From: Bacteroidia bacterium
GTDB lineage: Bacteria > Bacteroidota > Bacteroidia > B-17B0 > Aurantibacillaceae
Assembly: GCA_026415195.1 (NCBI GenBank)
Contig: JAOAHO010000008.1
Span: forward strand, 7,178 to 71,177
Direction: 5' to 3'
Length of the DNA: 64,000 nt
Position 1 is the stretch's first letter, and every line of letters begins with the position of its first letter. The position numbers and the translations under genes are program-made. This document shows positions 29,012-40,000 of the stretch, in pieces. A model generated the notes under the pieces. That model was given only the letters and a program-made list of their open reading frames with translations. It was not told the DNA's origin and made no database searches.

Positions 29012-31639
29012 ATGCTCTCGGCTATTGAAATACGAAAGAAATTTTTGGATTTTTTTAAAAGCAAAAACCACACCATTGTACCCAGTGCCCCTATGGTGGT
29101 GAAAGACGATCCTACCCTGATGTTCATCAACAGCGGGATGGCTCCTTTCAAAGATATTTTCTTAGGTAACAGTCCGATTGTTCATCCAAGGGTGGCCAAC
29201 ACCCAAAAGTGTCTTCGTGTCAGCGGAAAGCACAACGACCTGGAAGACGTAGGGCTCGACACCTACCATCATACCATGTTTGAAATGCTGGGTAACTGGA
29301 GTTTTGGTGATTATTTTAAAAAAGAAGCCATTGCCTGGGCATGGGAACTCCTGACGGAAGTTTATGGCATCGATAAAAACCGCCTGTATGTTACCGTTTT
29401 TGAAGGAAGTGCTGAAGAAGGGTTGGATTGGGATTCCGAAGCTTATGAATTCTGGAAAGAATGGCTGCCCGAACAACGAATTCTGAAAGGAAGCAAAAAA
29501 GACAATTTTTGGGAAATGGGCGAGACCGGCCCCTGTGGACCTTGTTCGGAAATACATTATGATGGAAGGACAGATGAGGAAAGAAAAAAAGTTCCGGGAG
29601 AAAAATTAGTGAACACGGGGCACCCGGATGTGATTGAGATTTGGAATTTGGTGTTCATGCAATTCGAACGGCTTGCCGACGGTTCACTAAGGCCATTACC
29701 TAAAAAACATGTGGATACGGGTATGGGATTTGAGCGACTGGTTAGAGTGCTTCAGCAAAAAAACAGTAACTACGACACCGACGTTTTCATCCCGATTATA
29801 GAAAAAATTGAAGACCTGTCCGGATTACACTACAGGCCTGAAGATGAACATAAACCTAACCAACGTATCATTAACGTCGCCATTCGAGTGGTGGCCGACC
29901 ACATCCGTACCTTATGCTTCAGCATTGCCGACGGACAAATGCCTTCGCACTCCGGAGCAGGTTATGTGGTAAGAAGAATTTTACGCAGGGCCGTACGATA
30001 CGGCTATCAATCCCTGAATCTGAAAGAACCATTTTTATACCGGCTTGTCCCGGTAATTTCACGTCAGATGGGAGATTTTTTCCCGGAACTGGTAAAAGAA
30101 AAAGACACCATCGAGAAAGTTCTCAAAGAAGAAGAATTATCATTCTACCGCACATTGGAAAACGGACTGAAAAGAATCGACCAAATTTGCATTGAGCACA
30201 ACGAAAAAAATATCCACGTAATTGATGGAAAACTGGTGTTTGAACTCTACGACACTTACGGATTTCCCACCGACCTTACTTCTTTAATTGCACGAAGTTA
30301 CGGACTTTCGATTGATGAAAAAGGCTTTGAAGCATCCCTCGAAGAACAAAAGAATCGTTCCCGCAAAGCAACCAAAGTAAGTGCCGGCGACTGGATCCTG
30401 ATTTCCGATGAAGAAGTGATTGAAAATTCTTTTATCGGATATGAAGAATACGAAGCCAGTGTGAAAATACTACGCTACCGGCCTGCCGAGATTAAAAACA
30501 AAAAAATCTATCAAATCGTACTTAACCAAACTCCGTTTTATCCGGAAGGTGGCGGCCAGGTGGGCGACAGCGGAGTATTGATAAAAGATCATCTGAGTAT
30601 TCAAATATCCGATACCAAAAAAGAACACGGCATCATTGTACATATCACAGACCAAATTCCTGAAAAACTCGATGGAATTTGGCATGCAAAAATCGATAAG
30701 GAAAAAAGAATAAAAACCACCATTCATCATTCTGCCACTCATTTCCTTCATGCAGCACTAAGAAAAGTATTGGGGAATCATGTGGAACAAAAGGGTAGTT
30801 TGGTACATCCGGACTACCTGCGCTTCGATTTTTCGCACTTTGCGAAATTGACCGATGAAGAAATTGAAAAGGTGGAACAGCTTGTCAATCAAGAAATCAG
30901 ACGTGCTATCCTTTCCGAGATCCGGATAATGCCCCTAGAAGAGGCAAAAGCCATGGGGGCCATGGCATTGTTCGGGGAAAAATATGGTGAAATGGTAAGG
31001 GTTGTTACTTTCGATAAGTCGTTTTCCGTGGAACTTTGCGGAGGCTGCCATGTGCATAATTCAGCCATGATGGGAGCCTTTAAAATTGTTTCGGAAAGTG
31101 CCGTGGCCGCCGGCATCCGAAGAATTGAAGCTGTGGCAGGACATGCTTTTGATCGTTACCTGAATGAAAAAATCAGAAAAGAAAAAGAAATTAAAGCTCT
31201 GCTGAAAAATCCGAAAGATGAACTGAAAGCCATTGAACAATTGTTGAAAGAAATTGAACTCCTCAGAAAAGAAAAAGAAGAATGGTTAAGCGTGCAGAAA
31301 AAAAATACAAAAAACCGCATTATTGAATCACTACGTACTTTGAATGGTCTGAGCTTTTATGAAGGATATGTGGATTTAAACGACGGTGCTTCGATAAAAA
31401 GCCTGCTTTTTGAACTCAGAAACGAACTCAGAAATACCGTGGTTTTGCTAAAACAAAAAGACATCGACGGAACCCTTTATCATCTTTTAATTACCGACGA
31501 TCTGGTGAAAGTAAAAAACTGGGATGCCACTTTATGGATCAAAGAAATTACCGGCGGCAAGGGCGGGGGACAAAAATTCATGGCCACAGGCAAAGGACAT
31601 AACTTTGAAGGCATTGAAAAAATCATCATAAAATCATGA
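29012..31639 (+). CDS. alaS: Alanine--tRNA ligase
   Basis: 875 aa. IR..FL.FF..K.H and FTNAGM-like (FINSGMAPFK) motifs are present. The editing-domain HxxxH (HHSATH) with CGG.H, and a C-terminal DHHA1 domain, are also present. Confidence 0.95.
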   Translation: MLSAIEIRKKFLDFFKSKNHTIVPSAPMVVKDDPTLMFINSGMAPFKDIFLGNSPIVHPRVANTQKCLRVSGKHNDLEDVGLDTYHHTMFEMLGNWSFGDYFKKEAIAWAWELLTEVYGIDKNRLYVTVFEGSAEEGLDWDSEAYEFWKEWLPEQRILKGSKKDNFWEMGETGPCGPCSEIHYDGRTDEERKKVPGEKLVNTGHPDVIEIWNLVFMQFERLADGSLRPLPKKHVDTGMGFERLVRVLQQKNSNYDTDVFIPIIEKIEDLSGLHYRPEDEHKPNQRIINVAIRVVADHIRTLCFSIADGQMPSHSGAGYVVRRILRRAVRYGYQSLNLKEPFLYRLVPVISRQMGDFFPELVKEKDTIEKVLKEEELSFYRTLENGLKRIDQICIEHNEKNIHVIDGKLVFELYDTYGFPTDLTSLIARSYGLSIDEKGFEASLEEQKNRSRKATKVSAGDWILISDEEVIENSFIGYEEYEASVKILRYRPAEIKNKKIYQIVLNQTPFYPEGGGQVGDSGVLIKDHLSIQISDTKKEHGIIVHITDQIPEKLDGIWHAKIDKEKRIKTTIHHSATHFLHAALRKVLGNHVEQKGSLVHPDYLRFDFSHFAKLTDEEIEKVEQLVNQEIRRAILSEIRIMPLEEAKAMGAMALFGEKYGEMVRVVTFDKSFSVELCGGCHVHNSAMMGAFKIVSESAVAAGIRRIEAVAGHAFDRYLNEKIRKEKEIKALLKNPKDELKAIEQLLKEIELLRKEKEEWLSVQKKNTKNRIIESLRTLNGLSFYEGYVDLNDGASIKSLLFELRNELRNTVVLLKQKDIDGTLYHLLITDDLVKVKNWDATLWIKEITGGKGGGQKFMATGKGHNFEGIEKIIIKS

Positions 31640-32139
31640 ACGAAAACTCCATTAATCATCCACAAAGCCCTTTAAACAACCCCTTCGACGAGAAGCATTT
31701 CATCACACAAATCATCCGTCAGTCAGAAGCCCTGCTTTTCGACGAGAAAGAACTCGAACATATTTCCTTTTGGTTCGATCCTGATATCAAAACAGAAGAA
31801 AAGCATAAGCGCATTGCTACGCTTCCACCCGGAACCATTCAACGGCTATTATTGAATTTCATGAAATCTGTGAATGATGATCGCATGGTATGCACATCCC
31901 TGCGATCCATTTGGGAAAATAATCTGGATATGACAAGCTTCCATGATGAAATTATCCCCTTTTGCCTTTCGGCTGATGAACATATTGCCATGGAGGCCTG
32001 CACCATACTCAAAGAAAATATTTCCTTTGAAAACCCTTCAGAAATAGAAAAGATTCTTCTGAAATATGAAGAAAAACAATTTGCCAGGCCCTACCTTTAT
32101 GAAATGTTTAAATTCGCACTGGAAAACAAAACACCATGA
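31636..32139 (+). CDS. Hypothetical protein (no recognisable family)
   Basis: 167 aa. It has ATGA overlaps at both ends, with the alaS stop and with the fahA start. Confidence 0.55.
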   Translation: MNENSINHPQSPLNNPFDEKHFITQIIRQSEALLFDEKELEHISFWFDPDIKTEEKHKRIATLPPGTIQRLLLNFMKSVNDDRMVCTSLRSIWENNLDMTSFHDEIIPFCLSADEHIAMEACTILKENISFENPSEIEKILLKYEEKQFARPYLYEMFKFALENKTP

Positions 32140-33377
32140 AATCCTGGTTCCCCGTTCCTGAAGACACCGATTTTACCATTTGGAATTTTCCCTTTGGTAT
32201 TTACACCGACAACCATGTTCGCCACCGTGCCTGCAGCGCCATAGGCGATTATATCATTGATCTTTTTGAACTCGAGTCGGCCGATGTGTTCGATTTGAAC
32301 CGCAACGTCTTCGAAAAGCAATTTTTGAACGATTTCATTTCGTTGGGAAAAAAGAAAACAAATCTCGTTCGTAACAAACTAATAGAACTTTTTACTTCAG
32401 AAAACTCCATCTTAAAAAAAGATGAGGCGCTGCTGAAGCGCGTATTGAAAAAACAATCGGAAGTAAAAATGCTCTTGCCCGTTCAAATCGGCGACTATAC
32501 CGATTTTTACAGTTCCATATATCATGCCACCAACGTAGGCAGCATGTTCCGTGATCCTAATAATGCCTTGCTGCCGAACTGGAAGCATTTGCCTGTGGGA
32601 TATCACGGACGCAGCAGCTCCATTTTTGTATCCGGACACTCTTTTTACAGGCCCAAGGGACAAACCAAAAGTCCCGATAAGACCATGCCCGAATTCGGAC
32701 CTTGCAAATTATTGGATTTTGAACTTGAAACTGCGTTTATTATAGGAAAAGAGACTAAACAGGGAGATAGTATTAGACCTGATGAAGCACACGAATACAT
32801 TTTTGGAATGGTACTTTTCAACGACTGGAGTGCCCGCGATATCCAAACCTGGGAATATCAGCCATTGGGGCCGTTTTTGGCAAAAAACTTTGCAAGCACC
32901 ATTTCACCTTGGATAGTTACCATGGAAGCTTTGGAACCATTCCGAACCAAGGGTTTTGATTTTAATCCGCCTTTGCTTCCTTACCTGCAATATAAAGGCG
33001 ATAAGCACCTTGACATTGAATTACAGGTATTTTTGAAAACTCCCGATGACACCGAGACTCTGCTTTGCACCAGCAATCAGAAATATTTGTATTACACCAT
33101 GGAACAACAACTGGCACACCACACTGTCAACGGATGCCCCGTGCGCGTGGGTGATCTGATGGCCAGCGGCACTATCAGCGGGCCCGAAAAACACCAGTTC
33201 GGAAGTATGCTCGAACTCACATGGAAAGGAACCCAACCCATTCAGTTAAATAACGGGGAACAAAGAAAATTCATAAACGACCATGATACGATCATTTTCC
33301 GTGGTAAAGCAAAGAAAGGGGAGATTACCCTTGGTTTTGGTGAATGCATATCCACCGTTCTGCCTGCAAAAACATAA
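32136..33377 (+). CDS. fahA: Fumarylacetoacetase (eukaryote-type, about 410 aa)
   Basis: 413 aa. The N-terminus SWF.V....DF...N.PFG..., plus DYTDFY, GYHGR.SS and FNDWSARDIQ.WEY.PLGPF motifs, are present. Confidence 0.88.
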   Translation: MKSWFPVPEDTDFTIWNFPFGIYTDNHVRHRACSAIGDYIIDLFELESADVFDLNRNVFEKQFLNDFISLGKKKTNLVRNKLIELFTSENSILKKDEALLKRVLKKQSEVKMLLPVQIGDYTDFYSSIYHATNVGSMFRDPNNALLPNWKHLPVGYHGRSSSIFVSGHSFYRPKGQTKSPDKTMPEFGPCKLLDFELETAFIIGKETKQGDSIRPDEAHEYIFGMVLFNDWSARDIQTWEYQPLGPFLAKNFASTISPWIVTMEALEPFRTKGFDFNPPLLPYLQYKGDKHLDIELQVFLKTPDDTETLLCTSNQKYLYYTMEQQLAHHTVNGCPVRVGDLMASGTISGPEKHQFGSMLELTWKGTQPIQLNNGEQRKFINDHDTIIFRGKAKKGEITLGFGECISTVLPAKT

Positions 33378-33449
33378 TCACAAACAGATTAAGATAGTTT
33401 AACGTTATTTGTTACTGAATTTTGATATCTTTATCCCTTGTTTAAGACT

Positions 33450-33737
33450 ATGACAGAAAAAGATCACGAAACGCTAATATTAGAATTAACCGAAACAACA
33501 ACCGAAGTTTTACCCACCTATGCACTTGTGGTCTATAATGACGACGTGAATACCTTCGATCATGTCATTTCCACGCTGATGCGTGTTTGTAAGCACACCT
33601 ATGAACAGGCCACACAATGCACTTATTTGATTCATTATAAAGGGAAATATGCCGTTAAGCACGGTTCTCTAAAGGAATTAAAGCCCATGCACGATGCCAT
33701 TCTGGATGAGGGCATTTGGTGTAAGATAGAAAAATAA
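33450..33737 (+). CDS. clpS: ATP-dependent Clp protease adaptor ClpS
   Basis: The core Y.LVVYNDDVNTFDHVI..L...C is typical of ClpS. I place the start at the ATG at 33450. The track ORF starts at an upstream TTG (33438). Confidence 0.88.
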   Translation: MTEKDHETLILELTETTTEVLPTYALVVYNDDVNTFDHVISTLMRVCKHTYEQATQCTYLIHYKGKYAVKHGSLKELKPMHDAILDEGIWCKIEK

Positions 33738-33747
33738 TTTTCCGTAA

Positions 33748-34566
33748 ATGAACATTTTTAGCAAAAAAGTTGCCATTATAATTGGATTCACCATCACTTT
33801 GTATGTTTTTTGGCGTTGTCATAAGAATGCTGTGACGGGCAAAACCTCCATGACCTTAATTCCAGAAAACGAACTCATCGGGATGAGTGAACAGGAATAC
33901 CAAAAATTTTTAAAAGAACATCCCCCTCTGCCCGATTCTGATCCGCGCGTCAGGAATACCAGGGAGATGGGCATCCGTATCCAAAAAGCAGTAGAGGAAT
34001 ATTATGCTTCAAAAAAGCGTTCATCAGATCTTGCTGGTTATAAATGGGAATACAATGTGGTGGACGATCCTACCGTAAATGCCTGGTGCATGCCGGGTGG
34101 TAAGGTCGTGGTTTATACCGGTATTTTACCCATTACACAAAACGATGATGCACTGGCAGCCGTTATGGGACACGAGATTGCCCATGCCGTTGGCCGACAT
34201 GGAAATCAACGTATGAGTCAGGCATTATTGGCAAATTTTGGACTTTCTGTTTTATCTGCTGCCATGGGGCAAAACCCCTCACTTACAAGCCAGCTGCTTT
34301 TGCAAAGTGTGGGAATCGGAACCCAACTTGGTATTTTGAAATTCAGCCGCAATCATGAGACCGAAGCCGATAAAATGGGCCTGATTTTTGCGGCCATGGC
34401 CGGTTATAACCCAGAGGCTGTTATAGATTTCTGGAAAAGAATGTCGGCCGTGGGCGGGCAAAAACCACCCGAATTCGTGAGTACACACCCCAGCGACGAA
34501 ACCCGCATCCGCGACCTTCAAAACTTCATGCCCGAAGCAAAAAAATATTACAGACCTAGAAATTGA
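33748..34566 (+). CDS. M48 family zinc metallopeptidase (exported or lipoprotein)
   Basis: 272 aa. The NAWCMPGGKVVVYTG, HEIAHAV and downstream ETEADKMG motifs are present. Confidence 0.85.
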   Translation: MNIFSKKVAIIIGFTITLYVFWRCHKNAVTGKTSMTLIPENELIGMSEQEYQKFLKEHPPLPDSDPRVRNTREMGIRIQKAVEEYYASKKRSSDLAGYKWEYNVVDDPTVNAWCMPGGKVVVYTGILPITQNDDALAAVMGHEIAHAVGRHGNQRMSQALLANFGLSVLSAAMGQNPSLTSQLLLQSVGIGTQLGILKFSRNHETEADKMGLIFAAMAGYNPEAVIDFWKRMSAVGGQKPPEFVSTHPSDETRIRDLQNFMPEAKKYYRPRN

Positions 34567-35282
34567 ACCCAAAATGTTTTTATTCTACACTGTTAATTCT
34601 TTTCTGGATTCCCGGAATCCTTTTTTCACAAACCTCCTGTGAAGACAGCTTAAAAAACAAACTCCTTCATGACTCTTTAAAAATTTATTCATTAAAAAAA
34701 ATATTACCCTATTTCAGTATTGATGACAGAATAACTCAAATACAAGAAACCAAGTCGGATATTTCAGGATTCAAAATCGGAATCAATTATACTGAAAAAT
34801 ACGTTTTCGGAGTAGGATTTTATTCGTTGCTGTCTCCGGAAAAAAGTATTGTACCAGTATCCAAAAACAAACCCGATACTTTCACCATTTCGGTTAAAAT
34901 GAAATATTTTACTTTTTTTTATCATCAAATAATGCTCCGAAAAAAACATTTTGAACTTCAAATTCCTGTTGAAATCGGTATGGGGAATGTACAATTTTTA
35001 CATAAGAAAAAAAATAACTCTGCATTAGTTGATAACAAAACTTCATCAATTGTCCCTTTTGGGTTAGGGGTAAAATCCATATTAAAGCCATTTCCGCACG
35101 CGGGTATATTTGTTTTTTTAGGAGTACGTATAATCAGGGATAAACCTCAATATCCATTTAATTTAAGCGGTGGGTTCAGTGCACTGGGCATTTACATTAA
35201 TTTACTTAAAATTAATCGAGACATCAAATATTATTGTATTAAGAAAACGAATTACAAAAAAAGGGTGAAAAAGTGTCACTGA
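34563..35282 (+). CDS. Hypothetical secreted protein
   Basis: 239 aa with an N-terminal signal peptide (LILFWIPGILFSQ). I recognise no family. The start overlaps the M48 stop. Confidence 0.5.
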   Translation: MNPKCFYSTLLILFWIPGILFSQTSCEDSLKNKLLHDSLKIYSLKKILPYFSIDDRITQIQETKSDISGFKIGINYTEKYVFGVGFYSLLSPEKSIVPVSKNKPDTFTISVKMKYFTFFYHQIMLRKKHFELQIPVEIGMGNVQFLHKKKNNSALVDNKTSSIVPFGLGVKSILKPFPHAGIFVFLGVRIIRDKPQYPFNLSGGFSALGIYINLLKINRDIKYYCIKKTNYKKRVKKCH

Positions 35283-35297
35283 TAACAAAATAAAAAA

Positions 35298-35644
35298 AGC
35301 AGGCATATAAGCCGGGTTCTGTCGAGGCCCGCCATTCCTCTGAGCGGCCTACCCGCATCGGAACAATCGGAAGGGCCATCCTGATGGCCGATGCCTATTT
35401 GGCCTTGCAACACCGGAGGTTTTCCACTGCATAACGTTGCCGCCATGCAGAGTGGGCTCTTACCCCACTTTTTCACTATCACCTTTCTGTTGATGCAGAA
35501 AGGCTACCTGGTTTCTGTGGCACTTTCTGTCAACCGAAGTATGGCTTCGGCTGCCCTCCCTTTCGGGAGGCCGGTTGCCCGCTGTTGCCCGGACTTTCCT
35601 CTGCCGAAGCAAAAATCTTCAACAGCGGCGGGCATGCCTGCTTT
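35298..35644 (-). ncRNA. rnpB: RNase P RNA, bacterial type A
   Basis: The minus strand reads AGCAGGCATGCCC...GAGGAAAGTCCGGGC...AGTGCCACAGAAA...GGTAAGAGCCCAC...ACAGAACCCGGCTTATATGCCTGCT. The universally conserved P4/J regions are present. P1 is closed by AGCAGGCAT/ATGCCTGCT and followed by a T-run. It is a GC-rich island in AT-rich DNA. Confidence 0.93.
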
Positions 35645-35662
35645 TGCAAAATTAAGACAAAT

Positions 35663-37090
35663 TCAGTTTTGTTGAGGATTTATTTTTTTCCACAAATGAT
35701 ACTTCCTGGTATTAGGACTTAATTTTTCATATTTAAACCTTAAAGAAATTCCCTGAGTATCAGCCAACACCATGAACGGATATTTTTCTTCATCCCTGAA
35801 GATAACACTTATTCCATGATAACGGTTAAGGTAAAGCAAAAAATTATATTTATAAATCAATTCTCCGGAACTGAAAATTGTCTTTTCGTTTTTTATATGC
35901 ATAGCTATTTGCTTTGCATCGTGCAACTCGATCTCATCCCTCCCTGTCTTGCCGAAATGAAATATCAGCATTGAAATAGATACAATCACCATCGTAACTG
36001 AGAAAATCCTTATAAACTTAATACTTAATGCCTTTTCGAATTTTTCTATCGACGATTCCAATATTTTGAAGAGAATTACCCCAAAACCCAAACTGAAAAA
36101 AGGGAAAGAATTCATCAAGTAAAAACCACGCTGTTCTTTGGTAATAATTAATGGCAATGAACCGCACAAACCAAGTGCGATAAACAAAACCGAATATCTG
36201 AAAAGGGGTGTCCGTATAAATTCACTGCGGTTCAAAGAATGGCCACATAATAAAATTGCACCTGCCAAAACGATTTCCATCGGTAACAATTCCACAAAAA
36301 ATAACCTGAACCATAAATAAAATCGGCTTTCCACATTCGAAACATTTTGTATGCTGTTCATTACACGATTGTTCCAAAATGCCATTAACGATTTTTTGGG
36401 TTCGGGAATTGAAAACAAAATGAAATAAAAACCCACAAAAATTATTACCGATATAAAAAAGTAAATCAGGGTAGTTTTCAATTTTTCAGGTTTAATCAAA
36501 TATCCGTATAACAACATAAAAATTATTGTAAAAGATGCCTGTAAGCCCTTTGTCAACGATGATACAATAATTACAAAACTGGCGGCCAGCACCGCCCACA
36601 ATCCGTATTTATCTTCATGCAAAAACAAATACACCGATAACAAGCAAAAATTCAAAACCAGGTTTTCAATCATGTTATTAGAAAATGACCAGGGTACCAC
36701 CGGAATGGTTAAAAACAAAATCACAGGCAACCATTCGGTATTTTTCATGGTTTGTCCGTAAGATATTTTTTTCCAAATCAAAACCATTAATCCAATGCTG
36801 CATAACATCAGTAAAAATGAAAAACTTTTTTCAACATATTCACTGCTTCCAAACCAATCGTAAAATAATGATAAAATATACATGAACAAAGGCGGCTGCT
36901 GATCGAAATGGCGAAGGGTAATGTCATAAACCGGGAACCAAAAAGTTCCCAAACCTTGATGTAAATTATGAGCCACGGTTGCATATAACAACCCGTCCAT
37001 AAACATTCCCCTCTGAAAAGTTCTAGAACCAATTACCCCAACTGCCAATAAAAAAATGATTACCCAAAAAAAAAGACGGGTTCTGAGCAT
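35663..37090 (-). CDS. GT39/ArnT-like (GT-C fold) polyprenyl-phosphate-sugar-dependent glycosyltransferase
   Basis: 475 aa and polytopic. The N-terminal pattern F.RGMFMDGLLYATVAHNL is typical of the PMT_2/ArnT family. The ATG lies 4 nt after the adhesin stop. Confidence 0.75.
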   Translation of the reverse strand: MLRTRLFFWVIIFLLAVGVIGSRTFQRGMFMDGLLYATVAHNLHQGLGTFWFPVYDITLRHFDQQPPLFMYILSLFYDWFGSSEYVEKSFSFLLMLCSIGLMVLIWKKISYGQTMKNTEWLPVILFLTIPVVPWSFSNNMIENLVLNFCLLSVYLFLHEDKYGLWAVLAASFVIIVSSLTKGLQASFTIIFMLLYGYLIKPEKLKTTLIYFFISVIIFVGFYFILFSIPEPKKSLMAFWNNRVMNSIQNVSNVESRFYLWFRLFFVELLPMEIVLAGAILLCGHSLNRSEFIRTPLFRYSVLFIALGLCGSLPLIITKEQRGFYLMNSFPFFSLGFGVILFKILESSIEKFEKALSIKFIRIFSVTMVIVSISMLIFHFGKTGRDEIELHDAKQIAMHIKNEKTIFSSGELIYKYNFLLYLNRYHGISVIFRDEEKYPFMVLADTQGISLRFKYEKLSPNTRKYHLWKKINPQQN

Positions 37091-37094
37091 CTAC

Positions 37095-40000
37095 TTAATA
37101 CACCAAGTGTACAAATCCTTTATAAATGGAATTTTGATTGTCATTAAGTTTAAGGATGTAAAAATATGTTCCGGATGGCAAAAGATTCTTACCCATAGCT
37201 GAAGAAGTATTGGGCCTTCCGTCCCATTCATTGTTGTATCCTTTTTTATGATAAACCAAATTTCCCCAACGATTGTAAATCTCAATCTCATTGTTTGGAT
37301 ATTTGCTTATGCCTTTGATTTCAAAAATATCGTTTTTTCCATCTCCATCGGGAGTTAATAATTGAGGTATAATTCCAAAAGGAATATCCAAAACCTCAAT
37401 GGTATGTGATGCTACAGACGTACAACCATATTGATCTGTCACATTTAATACAACTGTATAAATTCCGGGTGTGTTGTAAGTTTGGCCGGGTGGATTAGTA
37501 AGATTAGAAGAAGATCCGTTTCCAAAATTCCAGAAATTTAGAGAATTACTCGTACTGTTGTTGGTAAAATTAACCGACAAAGGAGGATAGCCGCTTGTTG
37601 GATTTAATGAAAATGCAGCATTTACATTAGATTGTAGGATTTGAATTGACTGGGATAAGCTTCCGCAAATATTACCGTAAGTTACGGTGTAGGTGCCAGC
37701 TGTTACAATATTTATGGACGACGTATTGGAATTTGTATTGCTCCAGGTGAAAGTATTGTCTCCGTTTACGCCGATAGCCATCAAAGTAGTTTGCCCCCCT
37801 GAGCATAAAACTGTAGGAGTAGCAATTAAGGTCAGTGAAGGAGCAGGTTGTTGAATAATTTGTATGGTTGTCATGCTCACGCCACAGTTATTGTAAGCAA
37901 TAGCCGTGTAAGTTCCGGGTGAATTTACAAGCAGGGTATGTTGTCCGGAAGCACCGGCCCAACTGTAGGATGCAGGAGCATTTCCAAAAGCTGTTAATGT
38001 AGAAGTACCGTTCGGGCAGATGGATGTTGGAGAAGCCGAAGCCGAAACATCGGGGGCTGCTCCGGGACTTATGGTAATCTGCTGAACTGAAGTTCCGCAG
38101 ACATTCGTTAACGTAGCTGTATAAACCCCCGGATTATTGATTTGAATGGATGGAGTATTATTTGAACCGTTACTCCAGTTAATGCTTCCGCTTCCAGTAG
38201 CAGAAAGTGTTGCCTGTCCGCCGGAACATAAGGTAGGAGATGTTGAAATCAGATTAAATGAAGTGGAAGGCCCGTCGTTGATCGTAACTTGAGCAGTAGC
38301 CGTTCCGCAGGCGTTCGTAATGGTGGCAGTATAAATTCCAGATTGATTAATAACAATACTTGCTCCTCCAGTACCCGTACTCCAGTTTATGGTTCCTCCG
38401 GAATTGGATGCAGTCAGGGTAACCTGTTGTCCTGAACAAAGCAAGGAAGAAGTAGGAATAATGCTTATGGTCGGTGATGCACCAGTAGTAACTGTAGCTG
38501 ATTGTACGGTGCTTCCGCATGACGAACTTACGGTCACTTGATATACCCCTGCTGAATTGACCACAATAAAAGAAGAAGTGCTTGAATTACTCCACAAAAA
38601 ATTTGTATAGTTTGAATAGGCTATAATAGTGGCGCTTTGATTTCCGCACAGGTTAAATACATTGTTGTTAAGAGCCAGGGTAGGAGTTGGAAAAATACTG
38701 ACGGTTGCAGTGGCAACATTTGTACAACCGGACGCAGACGCTCCGATAACAGTATAAACGGTTAAAGCCGTTGGAGTAACAACTATTGATGAAGTGGTTT
38801 GTGAAGTGTTCCAGGTATAGTTTGTAGCACCATTGGCAATCAGTGTAGCGGAATTTCCGGAACATATCGTAGGTGAATTGACAGTGATGGTTGGAACCGG
38901 ACTGACAATTACTGTTGATATTGCAGAAGATATACATCCTGCCACTGAACCAATAACTGTATATTGCGAACTGGATGTAGGGGTCACAACGATGGATTGG
39001 TTATTGGATGAATTACTCCAGGTATAACTTGTTGCTCCAGTTGCAGTTAATGTTGCTTGCTGGCCAGGGCAAATTGTAGGGGAATTAACGCTTATAGTAG
39101 GAGCAGGGATTACACTGACTGTAACCGGTTGGCGATATATTCCAGGGCATGAACCGGCGTAATAAGTATAAGTTCCGGGTGATGTAAATGTGATTGTTAC
39201 AAAAAGGGTTCCGTTACCAATAGGTGTACCCCCCACTAAGGTGTTATACCAATAAATGGCATTAGTTCCTGACTGGGCAGTTAATGATGCCGATGAACCT
39301 ACACACACAGTGGCATTAGTAGTGGTAATGACAGGCATTGGACTAAGAGTATTTGTTGAGATTCCATTACCACCCTGCGTGGCTCCATTCGGAGGGAAAT
39401 TTTGTTGAATGCTGTTATTATTACCCGTTACTACACCATTTGCACCCCCGGATATATCTACGGTAATGGGAGTTGTTATATTAGTACCGAAAAATCCTCC
39501 TCCCCCACCGGCACCAGGGCCATAACATTGAGAATTTGGAATAAAACAATTGAAAGCTACGTTTCCTCCATTTCCACCCTTCACTGAAACAGGAGTTGCT
39601 GAGGACATGGAAAAAGAACCTCCGATTTTCAACACAACACATCCACCCCCACCACCGCCACCTGCTCCGTCATTTTCCGAACAACCCAGTGTAGTATTTT
39701 GAGCATTAGCACCATTGGATAAAATAGTTCCGCTTCCACTAAGATTTCCATCCACAATCAAAAACACAATCCCTCCTCCGTTACCACCCGAAGATGCCTG
39801 AGCATTATTTCCATGCCCCGCTCCGCCACCTCCTCCCAAAAAGAGACGTTCAATGGAATAATCAAGCGGCCTGCCACCAAAACCACCCATATTTCGTCGT
39901 TGATCCCCCCCCCATGATCCGTTGTTCGGCCCCACAGTATTGGGATTCTGATTGTTTGATGAAAAGGAATATCCTCCCCTGCCACCGCCGCTTGACACAT

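Noticed and set aside
35276-35675. Track ORFs 35276-35482 (-) and 35391-35675 (+).
   Set aside because: They lie entirely within the RNase P RNA gene. Their GC-rich composition comes from the structured RNA, not from coding sequence.
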